Positions 10,311 to 19,789 of a stretch of DNA of 64,000 nucleotides are shown here, piece after piece (positions within the stretch are counted from its first letter, which is position 1; each line of letters begins with the position of its first letter). The DNA lies in contig JBDLRH010000027.1 of NCBI GenBank assembly GCA_039800165.1, positions 368 to 64,367 of the forward strand, given 5' to 3'. A program made the translations under genes and the position numbers. The DNA comes from Pseudomonadota bacterium. Lineage in GTDB: Bacteria > Pseudomonadota > Gammaproteobacteria > Burkholderiales > Burkholderiaceae_C. The notes beneath the pieces were generated by a model, which worked only from the letters and a program-made list of their open reading frames with translations, did no database searches and was not told the origin of the DNA.

Positions 10311-11834
10311 TCAGCGCGCGGTCGCATCACGCATCGCCCAGTCGACCAGCGCCTCGATGGCAGGCCGCGCGGCTTGGGCTTGCGCATGGTTGACGATGGC
10401 CACCAGCACGCGGCGCTGCCCGCGCGCGCTCAGCACATACCCCGCCACGCCGGTCACGTCGCGCAGGCTGCCGGTCTTGAGGTGGGCGGTGCCCTCGCCA
10501 CGCAGGCGCGCGCGGCGCATCGTGCCGTCCAGGCCGGCAATCGGCAGGGACGACATCAGCTCGGGCATCGATGGTGAGGCCCAGGCCACCTGCAGCAGCC
10601 GCGCCAGCGCACGTGCGCTGATGCGCTCGTCACGCGACAGGCCCGAGCCGTTATCGATGACCGGTGCGTCGACGTCAGCGCCCATGCGCTCGCGCCACCA
10701 CGGCGCCACCGCAGCGCGCGCAGCATCAAAGCTGGCGGCACCTGCAGGCGCCGTGCCGCGCGGCAGGCCGAGCGTGAGGAACAGCTGCTGCGCCATCACG
10801 TTGTTGCTGAACTTGTTGACGTCTCGTACCACCTCGGCGAGCGAAGGCGACGTGACTTCGAAGGCGGGCGCCAGGCCGCCCGGCACGCTGCCTTCGCGCA
10901 CGGCGCCGGTGAGCGTGCCGCCCAGCTGCGCCCACATGCCCGCCACGGCGCGCGCTGCAAATCCGCGCGGGTCGGCGGCGGCCACCGGCCACACCCGCTC
11001 GCCGCAGGCGGTGGGGTAGGCGCCGGCCCATCGCACGCGTGCCGCGTCCGCAAAGTCGGCCTTGAGGGCGGCACGCCAGTCATTGCACTCGCCCGGTTGC
11101 AGCGGCACGGTGGCCGGCGCAGAGAACCCAGCCAGCGGTGGTTCGACCTGCACCCGCGCCACGCCGGCCGCGCGGTCAGGCACAAAGGTGAACACCAGCG
11201 ACTTGTAGTTGACCAGCAGCGCGTCGGGCGCGGCGTTGTACGGGCGCAGCCGCTCGCCGTCGAACGCGCCCGGGTCTTGCGGCGGCACGGTGAATGCGCT
11301 GCGGTCGAGCACGATGTCGCCGCTGACCTGCTGGATGCCCAGGCCCTGCACCCGCCGCATCAAAAGCCACAGCCGCTCGGACACGAGCTTCGGGTCGCCC
11401 CGCCCCTGGATGTACAGGTTGCCCTGCAGCACGCCATTGCGCACCGGTCCGTCGATGTAGACCGGCGTGGCCCAGCTGTAGGTGGGCCCCAGTTGCTCGA
11501 GCGCGGCAAAGGTGGTCACCAGTTTCATCAGCGATGCCGGGTTCACCGGCACCGTGTCGCGGTGGCGCAGGCGAACCACAGAGGCCGTGGCATCGGCGCC
11601 GATGTCGGCCACCAGCGCCACCATCGCATCGCGCGGAACGCGCGCCCGCTCCAGCGCGGCTTCGACTTCGGCGGGCAGGCCCACCGTCTGCGCGTGGGCA
11701 GCCGCGCCAAGGCACAGCGTCAGTGCAGCAGCGAATGCCGAAACCCATGCACGCACGCCAAAGGGAGCGGTAGCGGGAACGGGAAAGGACAAGGGCAACA
11801 ACATCAGGCGGCGCGGGGATGGCCAGGCGGGCAT
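10311..11834 (-). CDS. dacB: D-alanyl-D-alanine carboxypeptidase/endopeptidase (PBP4)
   Basis: PBP4 family features: NPASLMKLVTT (SxxK), GSGLSRDERISA, LKTGSL (KTG). Signal peptide after the ATG at 11834. Confidence 0.85.
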   Translation of the reverse strand: MPAWPSPRRLMLLPLSFPVPATAPFGVRAWVSAFAAALTLCLGAAAHAQTVGLPAEVEAALERARVPRDAMVALVADIGADATASVVRLRHRDTVPVNPASLMKLVTTFAALEQLGPTYSWATPVYIDGPVRNGVLQGNLYIQGRGDPKLVSERLWLLMRRVQGLGIQQVSGDIVLDRSAFTVPPQDPGAFDGERLRPYNAAPDALLVNYKSLVFTFVPDRAAGVARVQVEPPLAGFSAPATVPLQPGECNDWRAALKADFADAARVRWAGAYPTACGERVWPVAAADPRGFAARAVAGMWAQLGGTLTGAVREGSVPGGLAPAFEVTSPSLAEVVRDVNKFSNNVMAQQLFLTLGLPRGTAPAGAASFDAARAAVAPWWRERMGADVDAPVIDNGSGLSRDERISARALARLLQVAWASPSMPELMSSLPIAGLDGTMRRARLRGEGTAHLKTGSLRDVTGVAGYVLSARGQRRVLVAIVNHAQAQAARPAIEALVDWAMRDATAR

Positions 11835-11931
11835 CTGCAAATTATCGGTGTGCGTGGTGAGTGAAGGGCAGGGACATGCTTTCCCTGTGCACCTGCCCGA
11901 TGGAATGGCACTGCCCCGCGATAATCGGGTG

Positions 11932-12888
11932 ATGCGTTTTCTCTCGGGCCTGTCCCCACGCGCGACCGGCCTGCTGGCGGCCGTGGTCACGGTCGCGATC
12001 TGGACGTCCTTCATCGTCATCGCGCGGGCCTCGGCGCAGTTCACCCTGGGGCCTTACGACATCGCCTTTGCGCGCATCCTGGGGGCCAGCGCGGTGTTGT
12101 TGCCCGTGGGCTGGTGGATGGTGCGGCAGCAGCGTGCGGCCGGGACGCTGGCGCCCGGCGGTGGCTGGCTGGGTCTGTCACCACTGGCGTTTCGCATCAG
12201 CGCTGTGTGCGGCTTCTTTGGCGGTCTGATGTATGCGGTGCTGGCCTATGCGGGCTTCTTTCACGCTCCGGCCGCGCACGCGTCGGTGCTGATGCCCGGC
12301 AGCCTGCCGCTGTGGACCACGCTGCTGGCTGCGCTGATCCTCAAGGACCGCATCACGCCCGCGCGCGCAGCGGGGCTGGCCTGCATCCTCGCTGGCGACC
12401 TGCTGGTGGGCGGTGCCAGCCTGCTGGGTGCCTTCGACGGGGGTGACATCTGGAAGGGCGACCTGCTGTTCATGGCGGCTGCGTTCTGCTGGTCCACCTA
12501 CAGCGTGCTGGCGCGTCGCCATGCCCTGGGCGCGGTGGAGGCGACCATTGCCATCACGCTGTTCGCGCTGATCACCTATGTGCCTGGCTATCTGCTGCTG
12601 AGCACACTGGACGTGCTGCACAGCCGGCTGGGCGCGGCGCCCTGGGGCGAGATCGCGTTTCAGGCGCTGTTTCAGGGCGTCGGCTCGGTGGCGATCTCGG
12701 GCGTGACCTTCACCCTGATGATCCGCCACTATGGCCCGGTGCGCTCGACCATGATCACCGCGCTGGTGCCCGGCCTGTCGGCGCTGGGCGCGGTGCTGTT
12801 CCTGGGCGAGCCGCTGGGCTGGAACCTGCTGGCCGGCCTGGCGCTGGTGACCGCTGGCATCCTGTTGGGCGTGAGGCGCATGCGATGA
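11932..12888 (+). CDS. EamA/DMT family transporter
   Basis: 10-TM hydrophobic profile with two EamA-like halves. ATG at 11932 is in frame with the listed ORF. Confidence 0.75.
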   Translation: MRFLSGLSPRATGLLAAVVTVAIWTSFIVIARASAQFTLGPYDIAFARILGASAVLLPVGWWMVRQQRAAGTLAPGGGWLGLSPLAFRISAVCGFFGGLMYAVLAYAGFFHAPAAHASVLMPGSLPLWTTLLAALILKDRITPARAAGLACILAGDLLVGGASLLGAFDGGDIWKGDLLFMAAAFCWSTYSVLARRHALGAVEATIAITLFALITYVPGYLLLSTLDVLHSRLGAAPWGEIAFQALFQGVGSVAISGVTFTLMIRHYGPVRSTMITALVPGLSALGAVLFLGEPLGWNLLAGLALVTAGILLGVRRMR

Positions 12889-13631
12889 AGATCCTTGCTT
12901 TTGACACCAGCACCGAGTCGCTGTCGATCGCGGTGGGCGTGCTGCAGGGCGATGTGTGGTCGCTGCATGCGCATGCCGGTGCCGGCGCAGCGCAGGCCTC
13001 GGCCGCGCTCATTCCCCACGCCATGCGGCTGCTGCACGAGGCGGGCCTGTCGCTGGAAGATCTGGATGCGGTGGCGTTTGGTGCCGGGCCGGGCTCGTTC
13101 ACCGGTTTGCGCACCGCCTGTTCGGTGGCGCAGGGCCTGGCCTTCGGAACGCGCGCCCTGCAAGGCAGTGGCGGCCTGCCGGTGCTGCCCGTGCCCACGC
13201 TGATGGCGGTGGCCGAAGACGCCTGCGCGCGCCACGGTGCCACGCAGGTGCTGGCGGTGCTCGATGCGCGCATGGACGAGGTGTATGCCGCGCGCTATGT
13301 GCGAAGCGCAGGCGCCGCGGCATGGCGTGCGCTCGGCCCCACGCAGCTGCTGCGCCCCGAGGCGGTGCAACCCGAGCCCGGTGAGGTGCTCGCAGGCAAC
13401 GCACATGCGGTGTACGCGGGTCGCTGGTCTGCGGCGGCCACAGGCGCGTCGCATGTCGACGCCGCGCCCCGGGCCGAGGCGATGCTGCGCCTGGCGCCTG
13501 CGCTGCTGGCCGCCGGCTGCGCGGTGCCGGCCGCGCAAGCCATGCCGATCTACATCCGCGATAAAGTGGCGCAGACGACCGAGGAGCGGGCGGTGGCCAA
13601 GGCGGCCAGCCATCCGGCTTCCGGCACCTGA
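12885..13631 (+). CDS. tsaB: tRNA t6A37 biosynthesis protein TsaB
   Basis: MKILAFDTSTESLSIAV... and GPGSFTGLR motifs. ATGA overlap with the preceding gene. Confidence 0.9.
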   Translation: MKILAFDTSTESLSIAVGVLQGDVWSLHAHAGAGAAQASAALIPHAMRLLHEAGLSLEDLDAVAFGAGPGSFTGLRTACSVAQGLAFGTRALQGSGGLPVLPVPTLMAVAEDACARHGATQVLAVLDARMDEVYAARYVRSAGAAAWRALGPTQLLRPEAVQPEPGEVLAGNAHAVYAGRWSAAATGASHVDAAPRAEAMLRLAPALLAAGCAVPAAQAMPIYIRDKVAQTTEERAVAKAASHPASGT

Positions 13632-13680
13632 TCGACCGCTGCGCGCCATCGATGCCCAACCCACCTGCCAGGCCTGCCCC

Positions 13681-14154
13681 ATGAGCGCCGTTCTCGAGCC
13701 GCGCGAGTCACGCTACGAGCCGATGACCGCCCTGCACCTGGAGGCGGTGATGGCGATCGAGCAGGCAAGCTACACCCACCCGTGGACGCGCCGCAACTTC
13801 GCCGACTCGCTGGCCAGCGGCTACCACGCGCAGGTGCTGTGCGACGACGAGGGTGTGATCGGCTACTTTGTGGCGATGCTCGGCGTGGACGAGGTGCACT
13901 TGCTCAACATCACTGTGGCGCCTGCGCAGCGCCACCGCGGCCTGGGCCTGGCGCTGCTCGACGAGCTGTGCCGCTGGTCGCGCAGCTTGGGCGCGCAGTG
14001 GCTGTGGCTTGAAGTGCGGCAAAGCAACCAGCGTGCACTGCAGATCTACGAGCGCTACGGATTTCGCCGCGTGGGCGAGCGGCGCGACTACTACCCGCTG
14101 TCGCTCGGTCGGCGCGAGACTGCAGTGGTGATGAGCCACCGCCTGCAAGGCTGA
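13681..14154 (+). CDS. rimI: ribosomal-protein-alanine N-acetyltransferase
   Basis: GNAT motifs ([33 protein letters not shown]). Position directly after tsaB. Confidence 0.85.
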   Translation: MSAVLEPRESRYEPMTALHLEAVMAIEQASYTHPWTRRNFADSLASGYHAQVLCDDEGVIGYFVAMLGVDEVHLLNITVAPAQRHRGLGLALLDELCRWSRSLGAQWLWLEVRQSNQRALQIYERYGFRRVGERRDYYPLSLGRRETAVVMSHRLQG

Positions 14155-14161
14155 CTGCGCC

Positions 14162-15013
14162 ATGGCCCTGGACCTGGACGACCGCCAGCGCGCGATGCTC
14201 AAGCAGATGGGCATCCGGGTGTGGCTGCCCCGCGCCGATGCCGAGGCACCAGCACCTGTGGCGACCCTTGCACCCGCACCCTTGGTGCCTCTTGCGCCCC
14301 CTGCACCACAAGCGCAGCATGCGCGCAGCGAGGTGGCGGCGGGCCCTGCGCCGCTTGTGCGCCCGGCCGCGCCATCGTCTGCAGCGATTGCTTCGCGCCC
14401 TGTTGGCGTCGAGGCCATGGACTGGAGCGCGCTGCGCACCGCGGTGGCCGGTTGCGAGGCGTGCAAGCTGTGCAGCACCCGCCGCAACACCGTCTTCGGT
14501 GTCGGTGCCGAGCGTGCCGACTGGATGGTGGTGGGCGAGGCGCCCGGCGAGAACGAAGACCTGCAGGGCGAGCCCTTTGTCGGGCAGGCTGGCAAGCTGC
14601 TCGACAACATGCTGCGCGCGGTGGGCCTGAGCCGTACGGGCAGCGCAGACGGCACAGACAGCGCAGTTGCAGGTGCGAACGGCGGCGTGTTCATTGCCAA
14701 CGTGCTCAAGTGCCGCCCGCCGGGCAACCGCAATCCGCAGCCCGACGAGATCGCGCAGTGCGAGCCCTTCCTCAAGCGCCAGGTGGCGCTGGTGCAACCC
14801 AAAGTCATTCTCGCGATGGGGCGCTTTGCGGTGCAGTCGCTGTTGCAGTCCGACGAGCCCATCGGCAAGCTGCGCGGCCGCGTGCATCAGTACGAGGGCG
14901 TGCCGCTGGTGGTCACGTACCACCCCGCCTACCTGCTGCGCAACCTGCCCGACAAGGCCAAGGCTTGGGCCGACCTGTGCCTGGCCCGCGCCACGCTGAA
15001 TGCGCGGCAGTGA
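14162..15013 (+). CDS. uracil-DNA glycosylase, family 4, with ~90-aa N-terminal extension
   Basis: [23 protein letters not shown] and HPAYLLR motifs. Cys cluster CEACKLC. Confidence 0.85.
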   Translation: MALDLDDRQRAMLKQMGIRVWLPRADAEAPAPVATLAPAPLVPLAPPAPQAQHARSEVAAGPAPLVRPAAPSSAAIASRPVGVEAMDWSALRTAVAGCEACKLCSTRRNTVFGVGAERADWMVVGEAPGENEDLQGEPFVGQAGKLLDNMLRAVGLSRTGSADGTDSAVAGANGGVFIANVLKCRPPGNRNPQPDEIAQCEPFLKRQVALVQPKVILAMGRFAVQSLLQSDEPIGKLRGRVHQYEGVPLVVTYHPAYLLRNLPDKAKAWADLCLARATLNARQ

Positions 15014-15037
15014 TGCCTGCGCCGCGTGCGGTGCCCG

Positions 15038-15982
15038 TCAGCGCGCTGCCTTGAACGACTTGTCTGCCAGCGTGCGCGCGGAGTAGTCGATGCCGCTGAA
15101 GTCGGCGTAGTCGGCCACGCTGCGGCGCGTGCCCAGGCCGTAGGCCCCCAGTGGAACGCCAGACACCAGATCGCCCAGGCGCTGGCGCGCGCGCTGCTCG
15201 CGCTCGGTCCAGGTCACCTGGCGCTGCCGGTCGTGCTCGGCGTCCCAGTGCATCGGCCGCGCGGGCGCACCGCTGCCGGGGCGGTTGTAGAGGTGATAGA
15301 CCGGCAGCGCCGGGATGTGGAACACGTCCCACCCATGGGTGAACAGGCGCAGCGCCAGGGCCTGCTCTTCGCCATGAAAGTACAGCTGCGGGTCGTAGGG
15401 CAGATCGCGCGCCATGCGGCCGTGCGCGAACAGGCAGCCCGCGCCCAGATGAAAGCCCGCCACCGCCGCGTCGCTGTCCACCGGATGCGCCTCGAAGCTC
15501 AGCACCGGGTGGCCTTCCTCGAAGCGTGCGCCGGGCTTGACCACATGCGACAGCACCTTGGGCGCCACATGCTGATGCACCGGCTCGCCGTTCTCCAGCA
15601 CGAAGGGGTTGGGGTAGGCCGAGATCGCCACACCGGTGCGGCCCGCCGACAGCCGCTCGGCCCAGCCCACCAGCGTCTCGTCCCAGCCGGTATCGAAGCT
15701 CATGTGCGAATCGATCTGGAAGAACCAGTCTTCACCGGCGTACAGCGTCATCGCAAGAGCAGGCGCCCAGCACGGCCCGCGCGCATCCAGCGGATCGATG
15801 CGCAGGTAGCTCAGCTTCGCCGGCGAGTCCTTGGCCGCCTGCAGCCGCGGCGTGGCGGCCGGGCTCTGGTCCACCACACCGAAGTGCAGCCGCTGCGGGT
15901 GGCGTGCGGTGCGCGCCGCGCGCTCGATGGTGAAGGTCAGCAGCGGGTCGCAGTACGACGCGATGCTGATGAAGATGCTCAT
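15038..15982 (-). CDS. glycosyltransferase (GlcNAc-transferase-like family)
   Basis: N-terminus MSIFISIASYCDPLLTFTIE...LHFGVVDQ resembles the GlcNAc-transferase (GT-A) family. Assigned from memory of the family motif. Confidence 0.55.
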   Translation of the reverse strand: MSIFISIASYCDPLLTFTIERAARTARHPQRLHFGVVDQSPAATPRLQAAKDSPAKLSYLRIDPLDARGPCWAPALAMTLYAGEDWFFQIDSHMSFDTGWDETLVGWAERLSAGRTGVAISAYPNPFVLENGEPVHQHVAPKVLSHVVKPGARFEEGHPVLSFEAHPVDSDAAVAGFHLGAGCLFAHGRMARDLPYDPQLYFHGEEQALALRLFTHGWDVFHIPALPVYHLYNRPGSGAPARPMHWDAEHDRQRQVTWTEREQRARQRLGDLVSGVPLGAYGLGTRRSVADYADFSGIDYSARTLADKSFKAAR

Positions 15983-16012
15983 GCCGCGCTTGGCACCGTG
16001 CCCGGGGCCCGT

Positions 16013-17506
16013 TCAGTACCGCGGCAGGTCCGGATGCGAAATCTTTCCGGCGCGCACCAGCATCTTGCCGTACTCGGCGCAGCGGTTCAGCGTCGGGATG
16101 ACTTTGCCCGGGTTGAGCAGGCCGCGCGAATCAAAGGCGCGCTTGATGCCGAACATCTGCTCGTTTTCTTCGGGCGCGAACTGCACGCACATGCTGTTGA
16201 GCTTTTCCACGCCCACGCCGTGCTCGCCGGTGACGGTGCCGCCCATCGCCACGCTGGTCTCCAGGATGTCGGCACCGAACTGCTCGCAGCGGTGCAGCTG
16301 GTCGGGGTCGTTCGCATCGAACAGGATCAGCGGATGCAGGTTGCCGTCGCCGGCATGGAACACGTTCAGGCACTTCAGGCCGTATTTGGTTTCCATCTCC
16401 TGGATCGCCTGCAGGATGTCGGCCAGGCGCTTGCGCGGAATGGTCGAGTCCATGCACATGTAGTCGGGGCTGATGCGGCCGCTGGCCGGGAAGGCGTTCT
16501 TGCGCCCGCTCCAGAACTTCAGGCGCTGCGCCTCCGATTCGCTGACGGTGATGGCCGTCGCCCCGCAGCCGCGCAGCACCGCGCTCATGCGGCCGATTTC
16601 CTCTTCCACCTCTTCCGGCGTGCCGTCGCTTTCGCACAGCAGGATGGCGGCCGCGCTCAGGTCGTAGCCGGCGTGCACGAAGTCTTCCACCGCAGCGGTC
16701 ATCGGCCCGTCCATCATCTCCAGGCCCGCGGGAATGATGCCGGCGGCAATCACCGCAGCCACCGCGTCGCCGGCCTTCTTGATGTCGTCAAAGCTCGCCA
16801 TGATGCAGCGCGCGAGCTGTGGCTTGGGCACCAGCTTGACGGTGACTTCGGTGGTGACGGCCAGCATGCCTTCGCTGCCGACCACCACGCTCAGCAGGTC
16901 CAGGCCGGCGGCGTCCAGCGCCTCGCTGCCGAATTCGACCGGCTCGCCGTCGATGGTGTAGCCGCGCACCTTCAGCACGTTGTGCAGCGTCAGCCCGTAT
17001 TTCAAACAATGCACGCCGCCGGAGTTCTCGGCCACGTTGCCGCCGATGGTGCAGGCAATCTGGCTGCTCGGGTCGGGCGCGTAGTACAGGCCGTAAGGGG
17101 CAGCGGCTTCGCTGATGGCGAGATTGCGCACGCCGCACTGCACGGTGGCGGTGCGGCTGAAGGCGTCGACCTTGATGATCTTGTTGAACTTGGCCAGCGA
17201 CAGCGTCACGCCCTGCTCGTGCGGCATCGCGCCACCCGACAGCCCCGTGCCTGCACCGCGTGCCACCACCGGCACCCGCAGCGCGTGGCAGGTCTTCAGT
17301 ACTGCCTGCACCTGGTCTTCGGTCTCGGGCAGGGCCACCACCAGCGGGCGCTGGCGGTAGGCGGTCAGGCCGTCGCACTCGTAGGGCGTGGTGTCCTCAG
17401 GCTGCCACAGCAGCGCATGGGCGGGCAGGTGCTCGCGCAGCGCGGCGACCACGGTGGCCTGGCGTTCGGCGCGCTTGAGCGCGGGCAGATGGGACGGGGC
17501 GTTCAT
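16013..17506 (-). CDS. FAD-linked oxidase (GlcD / D-lactate dehydrogenase family)
   Basis: FAD_binding_4-type motifs (VVARGAGTGLSGGA) and a C-terminal GTVTGEHGVG motif. No glcE or glcF adjacent. Confidence 0.85.
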   Translation of the reverse strand: MNAPSHLPALKRAERQATVVAALREHLPAHALLWQPEDTTPYECDGLTAYRQRPLVVALPETEDQVQAVLKTCHALRVPVVARGAGTGLSGGAMPHEQGVTLSLAKFNKIIKVDAFSRTATVQCGVRNLAISEAAAPYGLYYAPDPSSQIACTIGGNVAENSGGVHCLKYGLTLHNVLKVRGYTIDGEPVEFGSEALDAAGLDLLSVVVGSEGMLAVTTEVTVKLVPKPQLARCIMASFDDIKKAGDAVAAVIAAGIIPAGLEMMDGPMTAAVEDFVHAGYDLSAAAILLCESDGTPEEVEEEIGRMSAVLRGCGATAITVSESEAQRLKFWSGRKNAFPASGRISPDYMCMDSTIPRKRLADILQAIQEMETKYGLKCLNVFHAGDGNLHPLILFDANDPDQLHRCEQFGADILETSVAMGGTVTGEHGVGVEKLNSMCVQFAPEENEQMFGIKRAFDSRGLLNPGKVIPTLNRCAEYGKMLVRAGKISHPDLPRY

Positions 17507-17548
17507 CGGAAATCCTCTGGGGCGCAGCGCGGGTGCACCCGGCTGGCG

Positions 17549-17581
17549 ATCAGCAACTCGACAACAACTGGACAGCAACTG
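17549..17581. repeat. three tandem 11-bp direct repeats (core CAGCAACT / CAACAACT) upstream of the FAD-linked oxidase gene
   Basis: ATCAGCAACTC GACAACAACTG GACAGCAACTG with exactly 11-bp periodicity, 43-75 bp upstream of the start at 17506. Confidence 0.6.
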
Positions 17582-17646
17582 TACCCCCGGCGCGGCGGGC
17601 GTGTGCAGCCATGGTTAACGGGGTGCCGAGGGGGCTGCCGCGGCAC

Positions 17647-18807
17647 TCAGGCCGCTGCCTTGCGGATGCGCGTCCAGAACTGCGAGAACGAGCCGCAGCG
17701 CCGCCCCGGGTCGGCCCAGATGCGCGGTACCGGTTCGCCCTGGCCGGGCGGCAGCCAGCCGCCCAGGTGCGGGTCGGCCACGGTGCGCACGCCGGCCGGT
17801 GCCGGGCCTTCGCACCAGACGATGCGCTTGCAGTGCGCGCGCATGGCCTCATGCACAAAGTGCCAGCGCCGTGCGCTCCAGGCCCAGCGGCGATGAAAGC
17901 CCGCCCAGAACACACCCACCGCGGGTTCGCCAGCAGGTGCTGCGCGCAGGTTCCACGGGTGGATCAGCCACGCGCCCTGCAGGTCCTGCGCCTGCGCCGC
18001 AGGGATCTCGAACGGCGGCTTGTGCAGCAGCGCGGGCTCCTCCACCGTTTCGGCGGCCAGGTTCGGCGCCGGGGCGATGCGCTTGCCGCTGCGCGCGATG
18101 TCCTCCAGCGCCTCGTAGGATCGGTCGACCACGCTGCGCGGCGAATGCCAGTGCTCAGGCGCGTAGCGCGCCACGTTGCCCGCGTTGAAGAGATACGGCT
18201 TGTGGCTGCCGGTGCCGGCTACCCACTGCCAGCTCAGGTGGTTGCTGGCCAGATCACCGTCGATCAGGTGGCCGTACATCCAGTCGGCTGCGGCGCGCCA
18301 GTGCACCTTGCGCACATGCACCATGTAGGACGCGAGCCACATGCGCGCATGGTTGTGCAGCCAGCCGGTGGCGTACAGCTGGCGCACCGCCTGGTCGATC
18401 GCCGGCACGCCGGTGGCGCCGGCGCGGATGTCGGCGACCACCTGTCGCGCGTAGGCCCCGTCGGGCAGCGGGCCTTCGTGCAGGCTGGCAAAGATGTTCT
18501 TGCCCTCGTGCCGCCACACGTGGTGGAAGTACTCGCGCCAGGCGAGTTCGTTGATGAACTTGTGCTCGCCGTCCAGCGGTTTGCCGCCGCGCGCCACTTC
18601 CGCCTGTTGCACTACGTCCAGCACCTGCGGCAGCGTCAGCAGGCCATGGGTGATGTAGGGTGACAGGCCGGTGACCGCGCCTTGCAGGTGGTTGCGGCTG
18701 CGCGCGTAGTCGTGCGGGCGCACGGCGGCCAGGCGCTGCAGCGCGGCTTCGGCGGTCGGCGCGAAGCCGTGCCAGTCAATGGCGGCTTGTGTGGAGGGTT
18801 CGGTCAT
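17647..18807 (-). CDS. photolyase/cryptochrome-homology FAD-binding protein, atypical domain order
   Basis: LSPYITHGLL, NELAWREYFHHVW, TGVPAIDQAVRQLYATGWLHNHARMWLASY, DGDLASNHLSWQWVAG. ATG at 18807. Confidence 0.8.
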   Translation of the reverse strand: MTEPSTQAAIDWHGFAPTAEAALQRLAAVRPHDYARSRNHLQGAVTGLSPYITHGLLTLPQVLDVVQQAEVARGGKPLDGEHKFINELAWREYFHHVWRHEGKNIFASLHEGPLPDGAYARQVVADIRAGATGVPAIDQAVRQLYATGWLHNHARMWLASYMVHVRKVHWRAAADWMYGHLIDGDLASNHLSWQWVAGTGSHKPYLFNAGNVARYAPEHWHSPRSVVDRSYEALEDIARSGKRIAPAPNLAAETVEEPALLHKPPFEIPAAQAQDLQGAWLIHPWNLRAAPAGEPAVGVFWAGFHRRWAWSARRWHFVHEAMRAHCKRIVWCEGPAPAGVRTVADPHLGGWLPPGQGEPVPRIWADPGRRCGSFSQFWTRIRKAAA

Positions 18808-18943
18808 GGCGCGGTTCGGCGGGACTCGAAAAGCCGCGCAGTCTAGGGACGCTTCGTGCAGCCTGCTGGCGCGAAGCGAAAGCCGCATCGCCGCACACAG
18901 GCTTGTGGCCGGGCCCGCCCAACCGGCCTCGAGGGCCGCCCCC

Positions 18944-19789
18944 TCAGCGGAACACGACGGTGCGATGCCCGTTGAGCAGCACCCGGTGCTCGCTGTGCCA
19001 CTTGACCGCACGCGCCAGCACCTGGCTTTCGGTGTCGCGGCCCATCGCGGTCAGGTCTTCCACCGTCTTGCTGTGGTCCACGCGCGTCACGTCCTGCTCG
19101 ATGATCGGGCCCTCGTCGAGGTCGGCGGTCACGTAGTGGGCGGTGGCGCCGATCAGCTTCACGCCGCGGTCGTGCGCCTGGTAGTAGGGCTTGGCACCCT
19201 TGAAGCTCGGCAAGAAGCTGTGGTGGATGTTGATCGCGCGACCGGCCAGCGTGCGGCACAGGCCGTCAGACAGGATCTGCATGTAGCGCGCCAGAACCAC
19301 CAGCTCGGCGCCCTCGGCCTCGATGACCTCCAGCTGCCGGGCTTCGGCCTGGGCCTTGCTGTCCTTGCTGACCGCGATGTGATGAAAAGGCACGTTGTAG
19401 CTGGCCGCGAGCTGATAGAACTCGCGGTGGTTGCTGACGATGGCGCGGATGTCCAGGTTCAGCAGGCCGCTCTTCCAGCGAAACAGCAGGTCGTTCAGGC
19501 AATGGCCTTCCTTGCTGACCATGATCACGGTGCGCATCGGCTGCGCGGCGTCGTGCAGCTGCCACTGCATCGCAAACGGTGCGGCAAAGCCGGCCAGGTC
19601 CGCCTTCAGCGCATCGGGGCCGGCGGCGCAGGCAAAGCGCACCCGCATGAAGAACAGGCCGGTGCCGTGGTCGTTGTACTGGGCGGCCTCCTCGATGTTG
19701 CCGCCGCGCTCGAGAAGAAAGCCCGAGACGGCGTGCACGATGCCGGTTCGGTCGGGGCAGGACAGGGTCAGGATGTAGGCGTGGCTCAT
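18944..19789 (-). CDS. purU: formyltetrahydrofolate deformylase
   Basis: ACT domain (ILTLSCPDRTGIVHAVSGFL) plus formyltransferase domain (NIHHSFLPSFKGAKPY). Confidence 0.9.
   Translation of the reverse strand: MSHAYILTLSCPDRTGIVHAVSGFLLERGGNIEEAAQYNDHGTGLFFMRVRFACAAGPDALKADLAGFAAPFAMQWQLHDAAQPMRTVIMVSKEGHCLNDLLFRWKSGLLNLDIRAIVSNHREFYQLAASYNVPFHHIAVSKDSKAQAEARQLEVIEAEGAELVVLARYMQILSDGLCRTLAGRAINIHHSFLPSFKGAKPYYQAHDRGVKLIGATAHYVTADLDEGPIIEQDVTRVDHSKTVEDLTAMGRDTESQVLARAVKWHSEHRVLLNGHRTVVFR

Noticed and set aside
11906-11922. A sigma54-like TGGCAC motif upstream of the EamA transporter gene.
   Set aside because: The -12 element is missing: TGGCAC-tgccc-CGCG rather than TGGCAC-N5-TTGC. An ordinary GATAAT -10-like hexamer follows instead.
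15026-17896. A 956-aa plus-strand ORF, the longest in the track.
   Set aside because: It is antisense to three minus-strand genes with clear family signatures: the glycosyltransferase, the GlcD-like oxidase and the photolyase-like gene. Its translation is Arg/Ala/Gly/His-rich low complexity with no motifs. This is a typical stop-codon-poor artefact of high-GC DNA.
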